A stretch of 64,000 bases of DNA from an uncultured Gemmatimonadaceae bacterium (GTDB taxonomy: Bacteria; Gemmatimonadota; Gemmatimonadetes; Gemmatimonadales; Gemmatimonadaceae), in NCBI GenBank assembly GCA_963781585.1, contig CAWAGQ010000004.1:96001-160000 (forward strand). The letters run 5' to 3'. The notes beneath the pieces are model-generated. The model had not been told where the DNA came from and did not search any database. It saw nothing but the letters and a program-made list of their open reading frames with translations. Made by a program: the position numbers and the translations under genes. Shown one piece after another: positions 20,197 to 30,224 of the stretch (position 1 is its first letter; every line of letters starts with the position of its first letter).

Positions 20197-21576
20197 TCAG
20201 TCCGGGAACCCGGCGATTCTGATCGTCTTCACGTTGACGAATTCGCGCAGACCCCATGGGCCCAGTTCGCGTCCGTACCCCGACGCCTTGATTCCGCCGA
20301 AGGGGAATCGCGGGTCCGACGCGACGATCCCGTTGACGAACACCGTGCCGCTGTCGATCTCGCGCGCAAAGCGCTCCGCCTCGTCGGCGCGCGACGTCCA
20401 CACGCTGGCACCGAGACCGAACGCAGAGTCATTGGCGCGCTCGATTGCCCCCGTCACGTCGCGCACCCGAAACAGGGACGCCACCGGACCGAACAGCTCC
20501 TGTTCGGCGGCCGGAGACCCCGGGGGCACGTCGCTCAGTACCGTGGGCGCGTAGTAGTTGCCCGGCCCTCCGAGGCGGTGCCCACCGAGCAGCAGCCGCG
20601 CGCCGCGGGACAGGCTCTCCTGCACTTGCGCGTCCAGCGCATCGACCTGGTGCGGCGAGACCAGCGGACCGACGTCAGTCGAGTCGAGCAACGGATCACC
20701 CACCCGCATCGCGCGCATGCGGTCCACGAACCGTTGCTCGAATTCGTCGGCGATATCGTCGACCACGATGAAGCGCTTGGCGGCGATGCAGGACTCCCCG
20801 TTGTTGATGATCCGTGCGGTCACCGCGGCGTCCGCAGCAGCGGCCACGTCGGCGCTGGCGGTGACGACGAACGGATCGCTGCCTCCCAGTTCGAGCACCG
20901 TCTTCTTGAGGTGGCGTCCGGCCGCGGCCGCCACCGCTCGACCCGCACTTTCGCTGCCGGTGAGGGTGACGGCATGCACCCTGACGTCGGCGATGAGCCC
21001 ATCGACACGCTCGGACCCGACCAGGAGCGTCTGGAAGACGCCCTCGGGTGCACCGGCGCGCCGGAACAGATCCTCGAGTGCCAGCGCGCACTGTGGCACG
21101 TTCGACGCGTGCTTCAACAGCCCCACGTTCCCGGCGGCCAGCGCCGGCGCGGCGAAGCGGATCACCTGCCAGAACGGAAAGTTCCACGGCATCACAGCCA
21201 GCACCGTGCCTAACGGCTGGAACCGCACCTCGCCCCGTCCGGTGTCGTCCTTCACCACCAGTTCGGGGGCGAGAAACCGCTCGGCGTGCTCGGCATAGTA
21301 CCGGCACGCGAGCGCACACTTTTCCGCCTCGGCGATCGCCGACCGGTGCGTCTTCCCCATCTCCAGGGTCATGAGCCGGCCCAGCGCACTCTTTTCGCGC
21401 TCGAGCAGCGCCGCCGTGTCAGCGAGCAGACGGGCCCGGTCGTCAATCGGCACGTCTCGCCAATAGCCCGCCGCATCGGCGGCCCGCGCCAGTCGCTGCT
21501 CCACTTCGCCTTCGGAGTGCGGGTCGAACGTGGCGAGCGTCTCCCCGGTGGCCGGATTGATCGATGCGATGGACAT
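20197..21576 (-). CDS. NAD(P)-dependent succinate-semialdehyde dehydrogenase (Sad/GabD1-like)
   Basis: VMPWNFPFWQ, LKHASNVP, LELGGSDP, NNGESCIAAKR, ELFGPVA, PFGGIKASGYGRE. Confidence 0.9.
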   Translation of the reverse strand: MSIASINPATGETLATFDPHSEGEVEQRLARAADAAGYWRDVPIDDRARLLADTAALLEREKSALGRLMTLEMGKTHRSAIAEAEKCALACRYYAEHAERFLAPELVVKDDTGRGEVRFQPLGTVLAVMPWNFPFWQVIRFAAPALAAGNVGLLKHASNVPQCALALEDLFRRAGAPEGVFQTLLVGSERVDGLIADVRVHAVTLTGSESAGRAVAAAAGRHLKKTVLELGGSDPFVVTASADVAAAADAAVTARIINNGESCIAAKRFIVVDDIADEFEQRFVDRMRAMRVGDPLLDSTDVGPLVSPHQVDALDAQVQESLSRGARLLLGGHRLGGPGNYYAPTVLSDVPPGSPAAEQELFGPVASLFRVRDVTGAIERANDSAFGLGASVWTSRADEAERFAREIDSGTVFVNGIVASDPRFPFGGIKASGYGRELGPWGLREFVNVKTIRIAGFPD

Positions 21577-21627
21577 GGCTCGTTGGCTAGGCGCCTGACC
21601 GCCCCGCTCCAGCGTCTGACGAGCGCA

Positions 21628-22422
21628 TCAGCGATTCCCGTCCAGGATGCCGCCGATCACGCCGAGCACGCTCCCCTCTCCCCGCTGCTGCCCGCCGATG
21701 CGCGGTGCGGCCGCGATGATGCGATCGGCGAGTCGCGAGAAGGGAAGGGTCTGCAGGATCACGCGGCCCGGTCCGGTGAGCCGCGCGAAGAACAGTCCCT
21801 CGCCGCCGAACAGCGCGGTCTTGACCCCCGGAACCATCTGGATGTCGTAGTCCACGCTTGGCTGAAAGGCCACCAGACATCCGGTGTCGACGCGCAGGGT
21901 TTCTCCCGCCGCGAGTGTCATCTCGGTGAGCGTGCCCGAAGCATGGAGAAAGATCAGTCCGTCACCGCTGAGCTTCTGAAGAATAAAGCCTTCGCCCCCG
22001 AAGAATCCCGCGCCGATCCGCTTGGCGAATGCAATCGAGATGTCGAGTCCCCGCGCGCCGCACAGGAACGCGTCCTTCTGCGCCACCATCGTGCCGCCCC
22101 ATTGAGAGAGCTCGATGGGCTGGATCTTGCCGGGGAACGGCGAGGCGAAGGCCACGTCGCGCCGGACGCTCGTCTCATTGAGGAAGATTGTCACGAACAG
22201 CGAGTCGCCGGACAGGACGCGGCGCCCCGCGCTCATGAGCCGGTCAACCAGTGAACTGCGGCCGCGGCCCGTCTGGTCGAGCGTGGTGATCATCCGGATG
22301 CCATCCTGCATGTACATCATGGCGCCGGCTTCGGCCACGACAGCCTCCTCGGGGTCCAGCGTAACCACAACTCCCTGCAGGTCATCGCCAATGAGCTTGT
22401 AATCGATCTGATCCGACACCAT
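21628..22422 (-). CDS. TIGR00266/AIM24-family protein
   Basis: AEAGAMMYM, GFFGGEGFILQKL, LFGGEGLFFARLTGPG, QTLPFSRLA. Confidence 0.88.
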   Translation of the reverse strand: MVSDQIDYKLIGDDLQGVVVTLDPEEAVVAEAGAMMYMQDGIRMITTLDQTGRGRSSLVDRLMSAGRRVLSGDSLFVTIFLNETSVRRDVAFASPFPGKIQPIELSQWGGTMVAQKDAFLCGARGLDISIAFAKRIGAGFFGGEGFILQKLSGDGLIFLHASGTLTEMTLAAGETLRVDTGCLVAFQPSVDYDIQMVPGVKTALFGGEGLFFARLTGPGRVILQTLPFSRLADRIIAAAPRIGGQQRGEGSVLGVIGGILDGNR

Positions 22423-22636
22423 GATGCTGCTCCGAGTTGAGTGAACCGCGATGCGGTGGCGTGTCGGTCGTAATGAACCGACGCGATGGTCGTAGCGAAA
22501 GAGCGACCGGGAACCGCCGCGACGGGTCGGGAATTCAGGCAGATCGCTGGCTGGCAGGCGGAGCCGTGGAGGTGGACGATGGTGATCGGGCGGGCGCAGT
22601 GGGTGCCTTGGCGGGAGTTGCGCGGCGAGGGAGACG

Positions 22637-23386
22637 ATGCCACCCGGTGAGGAAGGGCAGACCGCCCGGGCGCCGCGTCACCACTGGATCGTGCGGGTCA
22701 CGCATTGGGTAAACGCGGTGGCGCTGACGATCATGATCGGGAGCGGGCTGCGCATCTTCAACGCGTATCCGGCGTTTGCCCCTCGTGGAGACACGTTCTG
22801 TTGCTATCCGTTCGCGGGGCGGCGAATCCCGGCTGGGCTCACTTTTGGCGGCTGGCTCGGCGGCGCGCGCAACTGGCACTTCGCACTGATGTGGATCCTC
22901 GCCGTCAACGGCTTCGTCTATCTGGGTTTCGTGTATCTGCACGGTGAGTGGCGCGATCTCGTGCCGCGTCGCGGCGATCTGCGCGACGCCTGGGAAATGG
23001 CGAAGTTCTACCTCTTTGTGCGGCCCGATCACCCCCACCAGGGGAAGCACAACGCACTGCAGAAGGGCGTGTACTTCGCACTGCCGTGGCTGGCCGTCGC
23101 GGCCGTGGTGACCGGGGTCGCCATCTGGAAGCCGGTACAGCTCCCATGGTTGACCGGTGCGTTAGGCGGATACGCGTGGGCGCGCTATTGGCACTTTCTC
23201 GTCATGGTTGCCCTGGTCGTGCTGTCGGTGGGCCATGTGTTCATGGTGTTCGCGGTCGATCCCTATTCGCTTCGGGCAATCACGACAGGCGGCTACGACG
23301 AGTCGAAATCGCCGGAAGCGCGCAATGCGCGCCCGCTCCTCTGGAGGCAGCCCCACCCCGAACGACGGCCGGAGCCCGGCCAATGA
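22637..23386 (+). CDS. Cytochrome b membrane subunit (Ni-hydrogenase/YdhU-type cytochrome b)
   Basis: VRVTHWVNA, RNWHFA, KHNALQK and RYWHF..HV heme-ligand His pattern. Confidence 0.85.
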   Translation: MPPGEEGQTARAPRHHWIVRVTHWVNAVALTIMIGSGLRIFNAYPAFAPRGDTFCCYPFAGRRIPAGLTFGGWLGGARNWHFALMWILAVNGFVYLGFVYLHGEWRDLVPRRGDLRDAWEMAKFYLFVRPDHPHQGKHNALQKGVYFALPWLAVAAVVTGVAIWKPVQLPWLTGALGGYAWARYWHFLVMVALVVLSVGHVFMVFAVDPYSLRAITTGGYDESKSPEARNARPLLWRQPHPERRPEPGQ

Positions 23387-24219
23387 CCCGGTTACGCGCG
23401 GCACGGGCCCATGCACGCGGGACGCGCGCGAGTGCGCACGTCCGCATGGCCGTGACGCTTTCCGCTTCGCAGGATGCGATTGCTCCTGATGGCCTCCCGC
23501 GCGCGTCCGGGTTCAGCCGTCGCCGCTTCCTCGAGTCGATTGGCGCCGCCACGTCGGCCGCACTGCTGGCCGCGTGCAATTCCCGCGGGCCCGCTTCCGC
23601 ACAGGGTCTCCTGCGCTGGGCCGAACGACGGAACGAGTCGATCGAGCGCTGGCTCTTCCACGCGGGTTCCCGCGATCGCGCCGCCGCGGACGCACAGCTC
23701 GCCGGGAACGCCTTCCCCAAGTACTTCGTCTCGGACACCATGCCGCTCTGGGATCCGGCGGTGCGTGGCGCCTGGAGTCTCGAGATTGGCGGTGCGGTCA
23801 AGCGCCCGCTTCGGCTCACCCTCGAGGACCTCCAGAAGTTGCCGGGCCTTACCCAGCGGGTGAACCACTACTGTGTGGAAGGCTGGCTGGCACGCGCCGA
23901 GTGGACGGGTGTGCGGCTGAGCGAACTGGCACGAGCGGTAGGGCCGAGGCCAGACGCGCGGTATGTCGATTTTCAGTCCTTCGACAGCGGATATCACGAA
24001 TCGTGGGACATTGACAGTGCACTGCACCCGCAGACGCTCATCGCCTACGGCCTCGACGGACACCTGCTCGGCCCGGAGCATGGCGCGCCGGTGCGGGTCC
24101 ATTCGCCGGTGAAGCTCGGGTACAAGAACACCAAGTACCTGACAAGGGTGCTCTTCATGCCGGAACGAAACGGAGGGTACTGGAGCGACCAGGGTTATGA
24201 GTGGTACGGGGGAACGTAG
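23383..24219 (+). CDS. Molybdopterin-dependent oxidoreductase (sulfite oxidase/MsrP family), Tat-exported
   Basis: SRRRFL twin-arginine motif; HYCVEGW Mo-ligand Cys; HGAPVR; KLGYKNTKY; GYWSDQGY. Start is 23383 or 23446. Confidence 0.88.
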   Translation: MTRLRAARAHARGTRASAHVRMAVTLSASQDAIAPDGLPRASGFSRRRFLESIGAATSAALLAACNSRGPASAQGLLRWAERRNESIERWLFHAGSRDRAAADAQLAGNAFPKYFVSDTMPLWDPAVRGAWSLEIGGAVKRPLRLTLEDLQKLPGLTQRVNHYCVEGWLARAEWTGVRLSELARAVGPRPDARYVDFQSFDSGYHESWDIDSALHPQTLIAYGLDGHLLGPEHGAPVRVHSPVKLGYKNTKYLTRVLFMPERNGGYWSDQGYEWYGGT

Positions 24220-24259
24220 GAGCAGCGCGAGCGCAGCCCGCCTCGCGCTGGCGAATCGC

Positions 24260-24868
24260 ATGGTGAGGGCCGCGCTCTGCGCGACCCTGGCCGCCGCGCA
24301 GGTGGCGGCGTGCGGCGGCGGCAGGACCGGCGCGACCGATACGGCGCGGCCCGGTGGTGGTACCTCATCTGCGGCGCCCGGCGTCGACTCGAGCGCGGCA
24401 CCGGGTGGCGGGGGTGCGACCGCGCCTGCCGTCCCTTCCAGGCCTGGCGCAGCTCAGCAGATCGCGACGCCGTCAACGGGGGCGGACACCACATGCCCGA
24501 TGTGGGGAAACTGGCGTGAGTGCAGCGTCGCATACCGGCTGACGCGCGCGGGCCTCGACGTGACGCGACGGGACGCTCCAGTCAGCCACCCGTTTCTTCG
24601 TGTTCCGGGAACGGTTTATGAGACGCGGAACGCGGAAATCGAGGTGTTTCTCTACACGTCGGCGGCCGATCGGGCGCGCGATACTGACGCGCTCGACTCG
24701 GTGACCGTGGCACCGCGCGGACAGCAGGTGGTGTGGCGGGACCCGCCCACACTGGTCACCTCGAACAACCTGGCGGCGATCATTCTTTCGCCGAACGATC
24801 GTCAGTCCGAACGAATCGCGCTGGCGTTGGGCGCCGGCATGCCGCTCGAGCCGCCGCGACGCGAGTGA
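24260..24868 (+). CDS. Hypothetical lipoprotein
   Basis: Lipobox-like VAAC, a low-complexity linker, then a globular domain with a Cys pair. Confidence 0.6.
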   Translation: MVRAALCATLAAAQVAACGGGRTGATDTARPGGGTSSAAPGVDSSAAPGGGGATAPAVPSRPGAAQQIATPSTGADTTCPMWGNWRECSVAYRLTRAGLDVTRRDAPVSHPFLRVPGTVYETRNAEIEVFLYTSAADRARDTDALDSVTVAPRGQQVVWRDPPTLVTSNNLAAIILSPNDRQSERIALALGAGMPLEPPRRE

Positions 24869-24898
24869 ATCGCGCGAAACGGGAGTGGAAGAGGACAG

Positions 24899-25555
24899 AT
24901 GAGAATTGGGATACTCGGGACCGGCACGGTCGGTCAGACGCTCGGCACCAGGCTCGTGCAGGAGGGTCACGACGTGCGGCTCGGCGCGCGCGCGGCCACC
25001 AACGAGAAGGCCGAGAAGTGGGCGCAGGCGGCGGGGGAACACGCATCGCACGGCACCTTTGCCGACGCGGCGTCGTTTGGCGCGGTACTGTTCAACTGCA
25101 CGGCCGGCTCGGCAGCCCTCGCGGCGGTCGGCGCCGCGGGCGCGGGGAACATGGCGGGCAAGATCCTGATCGACGTGTCGAATCCGCTCGACTTTTCGCG
25201 CGGCATGCCCCCGACCCTGACCGTCTGCAACACCGATTCGGTCGGCGAGCAGATCCAGCGGTCGCTGCCCGCGGTGAAGGTCGTGAAGGCGCTCAACACC
25301 GTGAACGCGTCGGTGATGGTCGACCCGGGGGCGCTGCCGGGGACGCATGATCTCTTCATCTGCGGGAACGACGCCGAGGCGAAAGCGGCGGTGACGGGCT
25401 ACCTCCGGACGTGGTTTGGTTGGCACACCATCATCGACATCGGCGACATCAGTGGAGCACGCGGGATGGAGATGTACCTGCCCCTTTGGCTCCGTCTGAT
25501 GAAGACGTTCGGCGACGCGCGCTTCAACGTCCACGTGGTGCGCACGGCGCGGTAA
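24899..25555 (+). CDS. NADPH-dependent F420 reductase-family oxidoreductase
   Basis: GILGTGTVG Rossmann motif, IDVSNPL, VVKALNT, CGNDAEAK. Confidence 0.88.
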   Translation: MRIGILGTGTVGQTLGTRLVQEGHDVRLGARAATNEKAEKWAQAAGEHASHGTFADAASFGAVLFNCTAGSAALAAVGAAGAGNMAGKILIDVSNPLDFSRGMPPTLTVCNTDSVGEQIQRSLPAVKVVKALNTVNASVMVDPGALPGTHDLFICGNDAEAKAAVTGYLRTWFGWHTIIDIGDISGARGMEMYLPLWLRLMKTFGDARFNVHVVRTAR

Positions 25556-25577
25556 TCAGCCGTGGTGCGACGCCGAT

Positions 25578-26837
25578 TCAGGAACGATCCCGTCGATTCG
25601 CCGTGAGGGCGCCCGGTCCGATCGCAGCCCGCCCGTAGCGTGCACGCACGGTGTCGACCGTCCGCGCGAGCAAGCGATCCCGATCGGTGTCGCTTTCCTC
25701 AGGTGCGGGCGCGAGCAGCGAATACTGGGAGTCTCCGGCCGACGTCTGCAGCGACGTGAGCGCAACCCCGAGCAGGCGTGCAGGGACGCGCCGCGCCTCC
25801 CGGAGCCGACGGAGCAGCGCCAGCGCCGTGTCGTGAATCACGCGGTCGCCCACCACCGCCGCCGCGAGCGTCCGGCTTGCGCGGCGCGTGCGAAAGTCGG
25901 CGTCGCGCAGCTTGACGCTGATCGTCCGGACCGCCAAGTGGTGCGCCCGCAGATCGCCGGCGGCCTGTGTGCTGAGTCCGAGCAGCAGGTGCTCCAGGGT
26001 CTGATCGTCGGCAATGTCGCGGTCGAAGGTCTCCTCCCGACTGAGACTGCGCGAGCGATCGCGGGCGGTGACCGTGTCGTCTGCCGCCCCCTGGAGCCGC
26101 GGCCAGAGCCAGTCCGCGTCGCGCGCCCCGATCGCGCGCTCCAGCGCCGGCCGGCCAAGTGCGAGCGCCTCGCCGACCGAGCGAAGACCGGCGGCCTCCA
26201 GCCTCGTGCGGAATCGCGGGCCCACACCGGGGATGTCGGCCAGCCGGATCCGCTGCATGAACGCCGCTTCCGCCCCGGGTTCGACGACGTACACCCCGGT
26301 GGCGCGTTCGCCAGAGTGTGGCTTGGCGAATTCCACGGCCAGTTTCGCCAGCAGCCTGTTGGTTCCACCGCCTAACGATACGGACAGACCCGTTTCCGTC
26401 CGCACGGCGTCGCGAATGCGGTGGGCGGTGTCGGCCAGTGGTTCATGGCGATACAGAGCCTCGGTACCGGTGAGGTCGAGGTACCACTCGTCGATGCTCG
26501 CCGACTCCACCACCGGCGTGAAGCGCCCCAGCACCGCCGCGATCGTCCGGCTGAGGCGGGAGCAAGCGCCACGCGGCACCGGAACGCACAGCGCGTCCGG
26601 ACAGAGACGCAGCGCCCGCGAGATGGGCATCGCCGACCGCACGCCGAAGGCGCGCGCCTCGTACGACGCGGAACACACCACGCCGCGGCTTCCGGGTCGC
26701 CCCCCGACAATCAGCAGGCGCGCTCGCCCGGCGCCCTCCGGATCCTCCCTCCGTGCCACCGCCACGAAGAAGGCGTCTGCGTCCGCGAGCAGGATGCGAC
26801 GCACCGGGCTCCCCGCGACCACCTCCCTTTCCCTCAC
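25578..26837 (-). CDS. dinB: DNA polymerase IV (Y family)
   Basis: LADADAFF, SYEARAFGVRSAMP, SIDEWYLD, LAKLA, IPGVG, IMS_C (KLRDADFRT). GTG start overlaps the upstream stop. Confidence 0.93.
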   Translation of the reverse strand: MREREVVAGSPVRRILLADADAFFVAVARREDPEGAGRARLLIVGGRPGSRGVVCSASYEARAFGVRSAMPISRALRLCPDALCVPVPRGACSRLSRTIAAVLGRFTPVVESASIDEWYLDLTGTEALYRHEPLADTAHRIRDAVRTETGLSVSLGGGTNRLLAKLAVEFAKPHSGERATGVYVVEPGAEAAFMQRIRLADIPGVGPRFRTRLEAAGLRSVGEALALGRPALERAIGARDADWLWPRLQGAADDTVTARDRSRSLSREETFDRDIADDQTLEHLLLGLSTQAAGDLRAHHLAVRTISVKLRDADFRTRRASRTLAAAVVGDRVIHDTALALLRRLREARRVPARLLGVALTSLQTSAGDSQYSLLAPAPEESDTDRDRLLARTVDTVRARYGRAAIGPGALTANRRDRS

Positions 26838-28483
26838 CCCGACGCGCCCGCCGCCGCTTCGGTGACCGCGCTCCGGTAGTGGTCTCCGTATTCGCGGCGA
26901 AGAGTGGACTTCGAGAACTTGCCGGCACTGGTCTTCGGAATCGCCGGCACAAAGACGATGTCGTCGGGAAGACACCACTTCGCAAATTTCAACGCCAGGT
27001 GTGCTTTCAGCATTTCGCACGTCACGGCGCGTCCCTCCTTCAATGTCACCACCGCGAGCGGGCGCTCGTCCCACTTTGCGTGCGGCACCGCGATCACCGC
27101 CGCCTCGGCCACGTCGGGATGCCCCATCAGTTCGTTTTCCAACGCGACCGAGCTGATCCACTCGCCGCCTGACTTGATGAGGTCCTTTGCGCGGTCCTGG
27201 ATGGTCAGACATCCGCTGGGGTCGATCGTCACGACGTCGCCGGTGCGAAACCAGCCGTCGTCGCTGAACTGCGTAATCGCTTCGTCCGGCCGGTAGTACG
27301 CGGAGGCCACCCACGGACCGCGTACTTCGAGTTCCCCCATCGCCCTGCCATCCCATGGTACGAAGCCGTCCTCGCTCCGCGCACGAATCTCGATCAGCGA
27401 CACTGGACGGCCCTGCCTGGCTCGACAGGCGTACTTCGTGTCATCATCCGCGGCGTCCAGCGCGCACGGCACGTGCGAAATCGATCCGATCGGAGCGAGC
27501 TCCGTCATCCCCCATCCCTGGACAACGTGAAGCCCATGCCGCTCCTGAAAGCCACGGATCATCGCCTCAGGGACGGCTGCGCCACCGCAGGCCAGGGTGC
27601 GGAGTGCCGAGAGGTCGTAGCGCCCGGGAGCAGCATCGAGGGTCTGCAGTATGCCCAGCCAGATCGTCGGGACCCCCGAGGTGAACGTCACCCGCTCGGC
27701 GCTGAGCAGCTCGAGCAGCGATGGCGGATCGAGATGCGGACCGGGATGCACCTGAGCGGCGCCGACCAGGGCACCGGAAAACGGAAGACCCCAGGCGTTG
27801 GCGTGAAACATGGGAACGACCGGCAGGATGCGATCCCGCTCGGTGCAGGGCAATGCGTCGGCGAGGAGAACGCCCAGCGTGTGGAGCACCAGCGCCCGGT
27901 GCGAGTAGAGCACGCCCTTTGGCTTTCCCGTCGTCCCTGACGTGTAGCACAACACCGCGGCGAGCCGCTCGTCCACATCGTCGAACGGGAAGGCATTCCC
28001 GTCTTCGCCGGCCAGAATATCCTCGTAGTCGAGCGTACCCGGTTCCTTCACGCCGCCATCGGACATCACGACGACGTGTCGCACATGCGTCAGCGGCGCG
28101 ACCTTCCGCCAGAGTGGGAGCAGCACGTCATCAACCAGCACGACCGAATCGTCCGCATGGTTCACGATGTACGCGAGGTCCGAGGGGTGGAGGCGGAGGT
28201 TGAGCGTGTGCAGTACCGCGCCGGTCGACGGAACGCCGTAGTACGCCTCGAGGTGTCTCGCGTGATTCCAGGCCAGCGTCGCCACACGATCGCCGTCCGC
28301 CACGCCGAGCCGGTGAAGCGCCTGCACCAGCCGACCGGATCGTTCCAGGCACTCGCGGTACGTGTAGCGCTGGACCGAGCGGTCGGGCCGTCGCCAGACG
28401 ATCTCCTGTGACCCGAAGAGCGCACGCGTTCGCCGCAACAGCAGGGGGACGGACAACGGTGTGTCCATCATCAAGCCTTGCAT
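26834..28483 (-). CDS. Long-chain fatty acid--CoA ligase (AlkK-like)
   Basis: YTSGTTGKPKG, QGWGMTE, GWFRTGD, DRAKDLIKSGGEWISS, PKTSAGK. Confidence 0.92.
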   Translation of the reverse strand: MQGLMMDTPLSVPLLLRRTRALFGSQEIVWRRPDRSVQRYTYRECLERSGRLVQALHRLGVADGDRVATLAWNHARHLEAYYGVPSTGAVLHTLNLRLHPSDLAYIVNHADDSVVLVDDVLLPLWRKVAPLTHVRHVVVMSDGGVKEPGTLDYEDILAGEDGNAFPFDDVDERLAAVLCYTSGTTGKPKGVLYSHRALVLHTLGVLLADALPCTERDRILPVVPMFHANAWGLPFSGALVGAAQVHPGPHLDPPSLLELLSAERVTFTSGVPTIWLGILQTLDAAPGRYDLSALRTLACGGAAVPEAMIRGFQERHGLHVVQGWGMTELAPIGSISHVPCALDAADDDTKYACRARQGRPVSLIEIRARSEDGFVPWDGRAMGELEVRGPWVASAYYRPDEAITQFSDDGWFRTGDVVTIDPSGCLTIQDRAKDLIKSGGEWISSVALENELMGHPDVAEAAVIAVPHAKWDERPLAVVTLKEGRAVTCEMLKAHLALKFAKWCLPDDIVFVPAIPKTSAGKFSKSTLRREYGDHYRSAVTEAAAGASG

Positions 28484-28632
28484 GGTCGCCTCCGCGGCCG
28501 GGTACGTTCCTGACGCGCGGCTGAAACTGGAACGTGCCTCGCACGCGCACAAGCCGGCGACTTTCGGGTCACGCGGCGCTGCCGCATGTTGTGGGCTGCG
28601 CGGCGCCCGCCCGGCGCAACACGAGGCCCGTC

Positions 28633-29562
28633 ATGTCCCGACGACACACACACCAGTCTCATTGGTGGACGAATTCGCGTTCCTTCACGATCGGGGCGCT
28701 GGCGTCCTGCGTCATTCAGGCATCCGGCGCCAGGGCACAGGCGTCCGACCCGGACATCTTCCTTGCGCGCCTGACGAGTCGCGCGGGGCGGCTCTCGGTC
28801 GACTCACTCCGGAACCTGACGCACCGAGCCGGCTACGACAACCAGCCGTCGTGGTCGCCCGACGGGAAGGATCTCTACTTCACGTCGGTCCGTGACGACG
28901 CGCAGGCCGACATCTATCGTATCGACGTCGCGTCGGGGGCCATGACGCGCGTGACGACCACCGCGCCGGAAAGCGAGTACTCGGCAACGGTGATGCCCGG
29001 CGGCGGCGCGATTTCGGTTGTACGGGTCGAGCGCGACTCCGCGCAACGTCTCTGGCGCGTTCCCCTGCACGGTGGACCTCCGACACTCATCCTGGAGCGC
29101 GTGAAGCCGGTGGGATACCACGCCTGGGCGGACTCCACGACGCTCGCGCTCTACGTGCTCGGCAATCCGAACACGCTCCAGATCGCGGACACGCGCACCG
29201 GGCGCGCTGATACCGTGGTGACCAACATCGGCCGCTCGTTGCAGCGCGTCCCCGGCGCGCATCGCGTGAGCTTCGTGCGCAGGGTCAGTCGTGACGAGTC
29301 GTGGATCGAGTTGCTCGACCCGGCGACTCGGGCGATGCAGCGAATCGTGAAGCTTCCCGCCGGTGTGGAGGACTATGCCTGGACACCGGACGGAATGCTG
29401 CTCGCCGGCAAGGGCAGCGAGTTGTTGCGCTGCGATCCTGGTGGCGGCACCACGTGGGAGACGGTTGCCGACCTCTCGTCGTTCGGACTGACCAGCATCA
29501 CGCGGCTGGCAGTATCACCCCGCGGAGACGCGATCGCGATTGTTGCCGTGCCGCGAGAGTAG
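28633..29562 (+). CDS. TolB/PD40 beta-propeller protein, secreted
   Basis: YDNQPSWSPDG, ESEYSAT, YAWTPDG and AVSPRGD repeats; signal-like N-terminus. Confidence 0.8.
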   Translation: MSRRHTHQSHWWTNSRSFTIGALASCVIQASGARAQASDPDIFLARLTSRAGRLSVDSLRNLTHRAGYDNQPSWSPDGKDLYFTSVRDDAQADIYRIDVASGAMTRVTTTAPESEYSATVMPGGGAISVVRVERDSAQRLWRVPLHGGPPTLILERVKPVGYHAWADSTTLALYVLGNPNTLQIADTRTGRADTVVTNIGRSLQRVPGAHRVSFVRRVSRDESWIELLDPATRAMQRIVKLPAGVEDYAWTPDGMLLAGKGSELLRCDPGGGTTWETVADLSSFGLTSITRLAVSPRGDAIAIVAVPRE

Positions 29563-29611
29563 GATCGCCGTCCCCGGAACGGCGTCCGCGGGGCGACCGC
29601 CTGGATTCACG

Positions 29612-30145
29612 TCACACCGCGTTTCGGCGGAAGCATGCCCGCGGCACGATCGGCACGCCGTGCGCACGGAGGGTCTCGTATCGCGCGAGTTTCTCGGGGT
29701 ACCGCGACACCGAGGTCCGGGTGTAGCCGAGCGACTCGAAGAAGCCATGCGAGAGCGTCATGGCGAAGACTTCGTCGATGCCTCGCCGGCGCGCGATGGC
29801 TTCCGCTCCCCGAACCGCGAGGCTGCCCAGGCCACGTCCGTGGGCGTCGGGGTCGACGGCCACGCAGCCGATTTCGGCGAGCGAAGGCGAGTACTCGTAG
29901 AGCGCGGAGCACGCCCTGACCCGATCGTTGCCGTCGGCGACCACAACATACGAGTCGATGTCTCCCGCGATTTCTTCCGGCGTTCTGCGGATCATCAGGC
30001 CGTTGGCCGCGTAGCGGGCAACCAGGTCGTGGATCGCGGGGACGTCGGCGGCGCAGGCTGGGCGCACCACATGAGACGCCGTGAGGTGCGGGCGAGTGGT
30101 GGAGACGAGGGGTCGTGGTCGGCCGGCCCATGCCAGTTTATGCAT
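29612..30145 (-). CDS. GNAT acetyltransferase, short ArgA (N-acetylglutamate synthase)-like
   Basis: DVPAIHDLVARYAANGLMIRR, LAEIGCVAVDP..HGRGLGS, VFAMT, FFESLGY, PEK. Start uncertain. Confidence 0.75.
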   Translation of the reverse strand: MHKLAWAGRPRPLVSTTRPHLTASHVVRPACAADVPAIHDLVARYAANGLMIRRTPEEIAGDIDSYVVVADGNDRVRACSALYEYSPSLAEIGCVAVDPDAHGRGLGSLAVRGAEAIARRRGIDEVFAMTLSHGFFESLGYTRTSVSRYPEKLARYETLRAHGVPIVPRACFRRNAV

Positions 30146-30159
30146 AGACAATGCATAAA
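30137..30159. promoter_or_regulatory. AT-rich palindrome TTTATGCAT-N5-ATGCATAAA (ARG-box-like operator)
   Basis: Perfect 9-bp inverted repeat overlapping the 5' end of the argA-like gene. Confidence 0.5.
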
Positions 30160-30224
30160 TAGGCGCTCGGGTGAACGCAAGAGACGCTGATCGGAGTCCG
30201 GCGACCAAAGGTCGCAGTGGAGCG

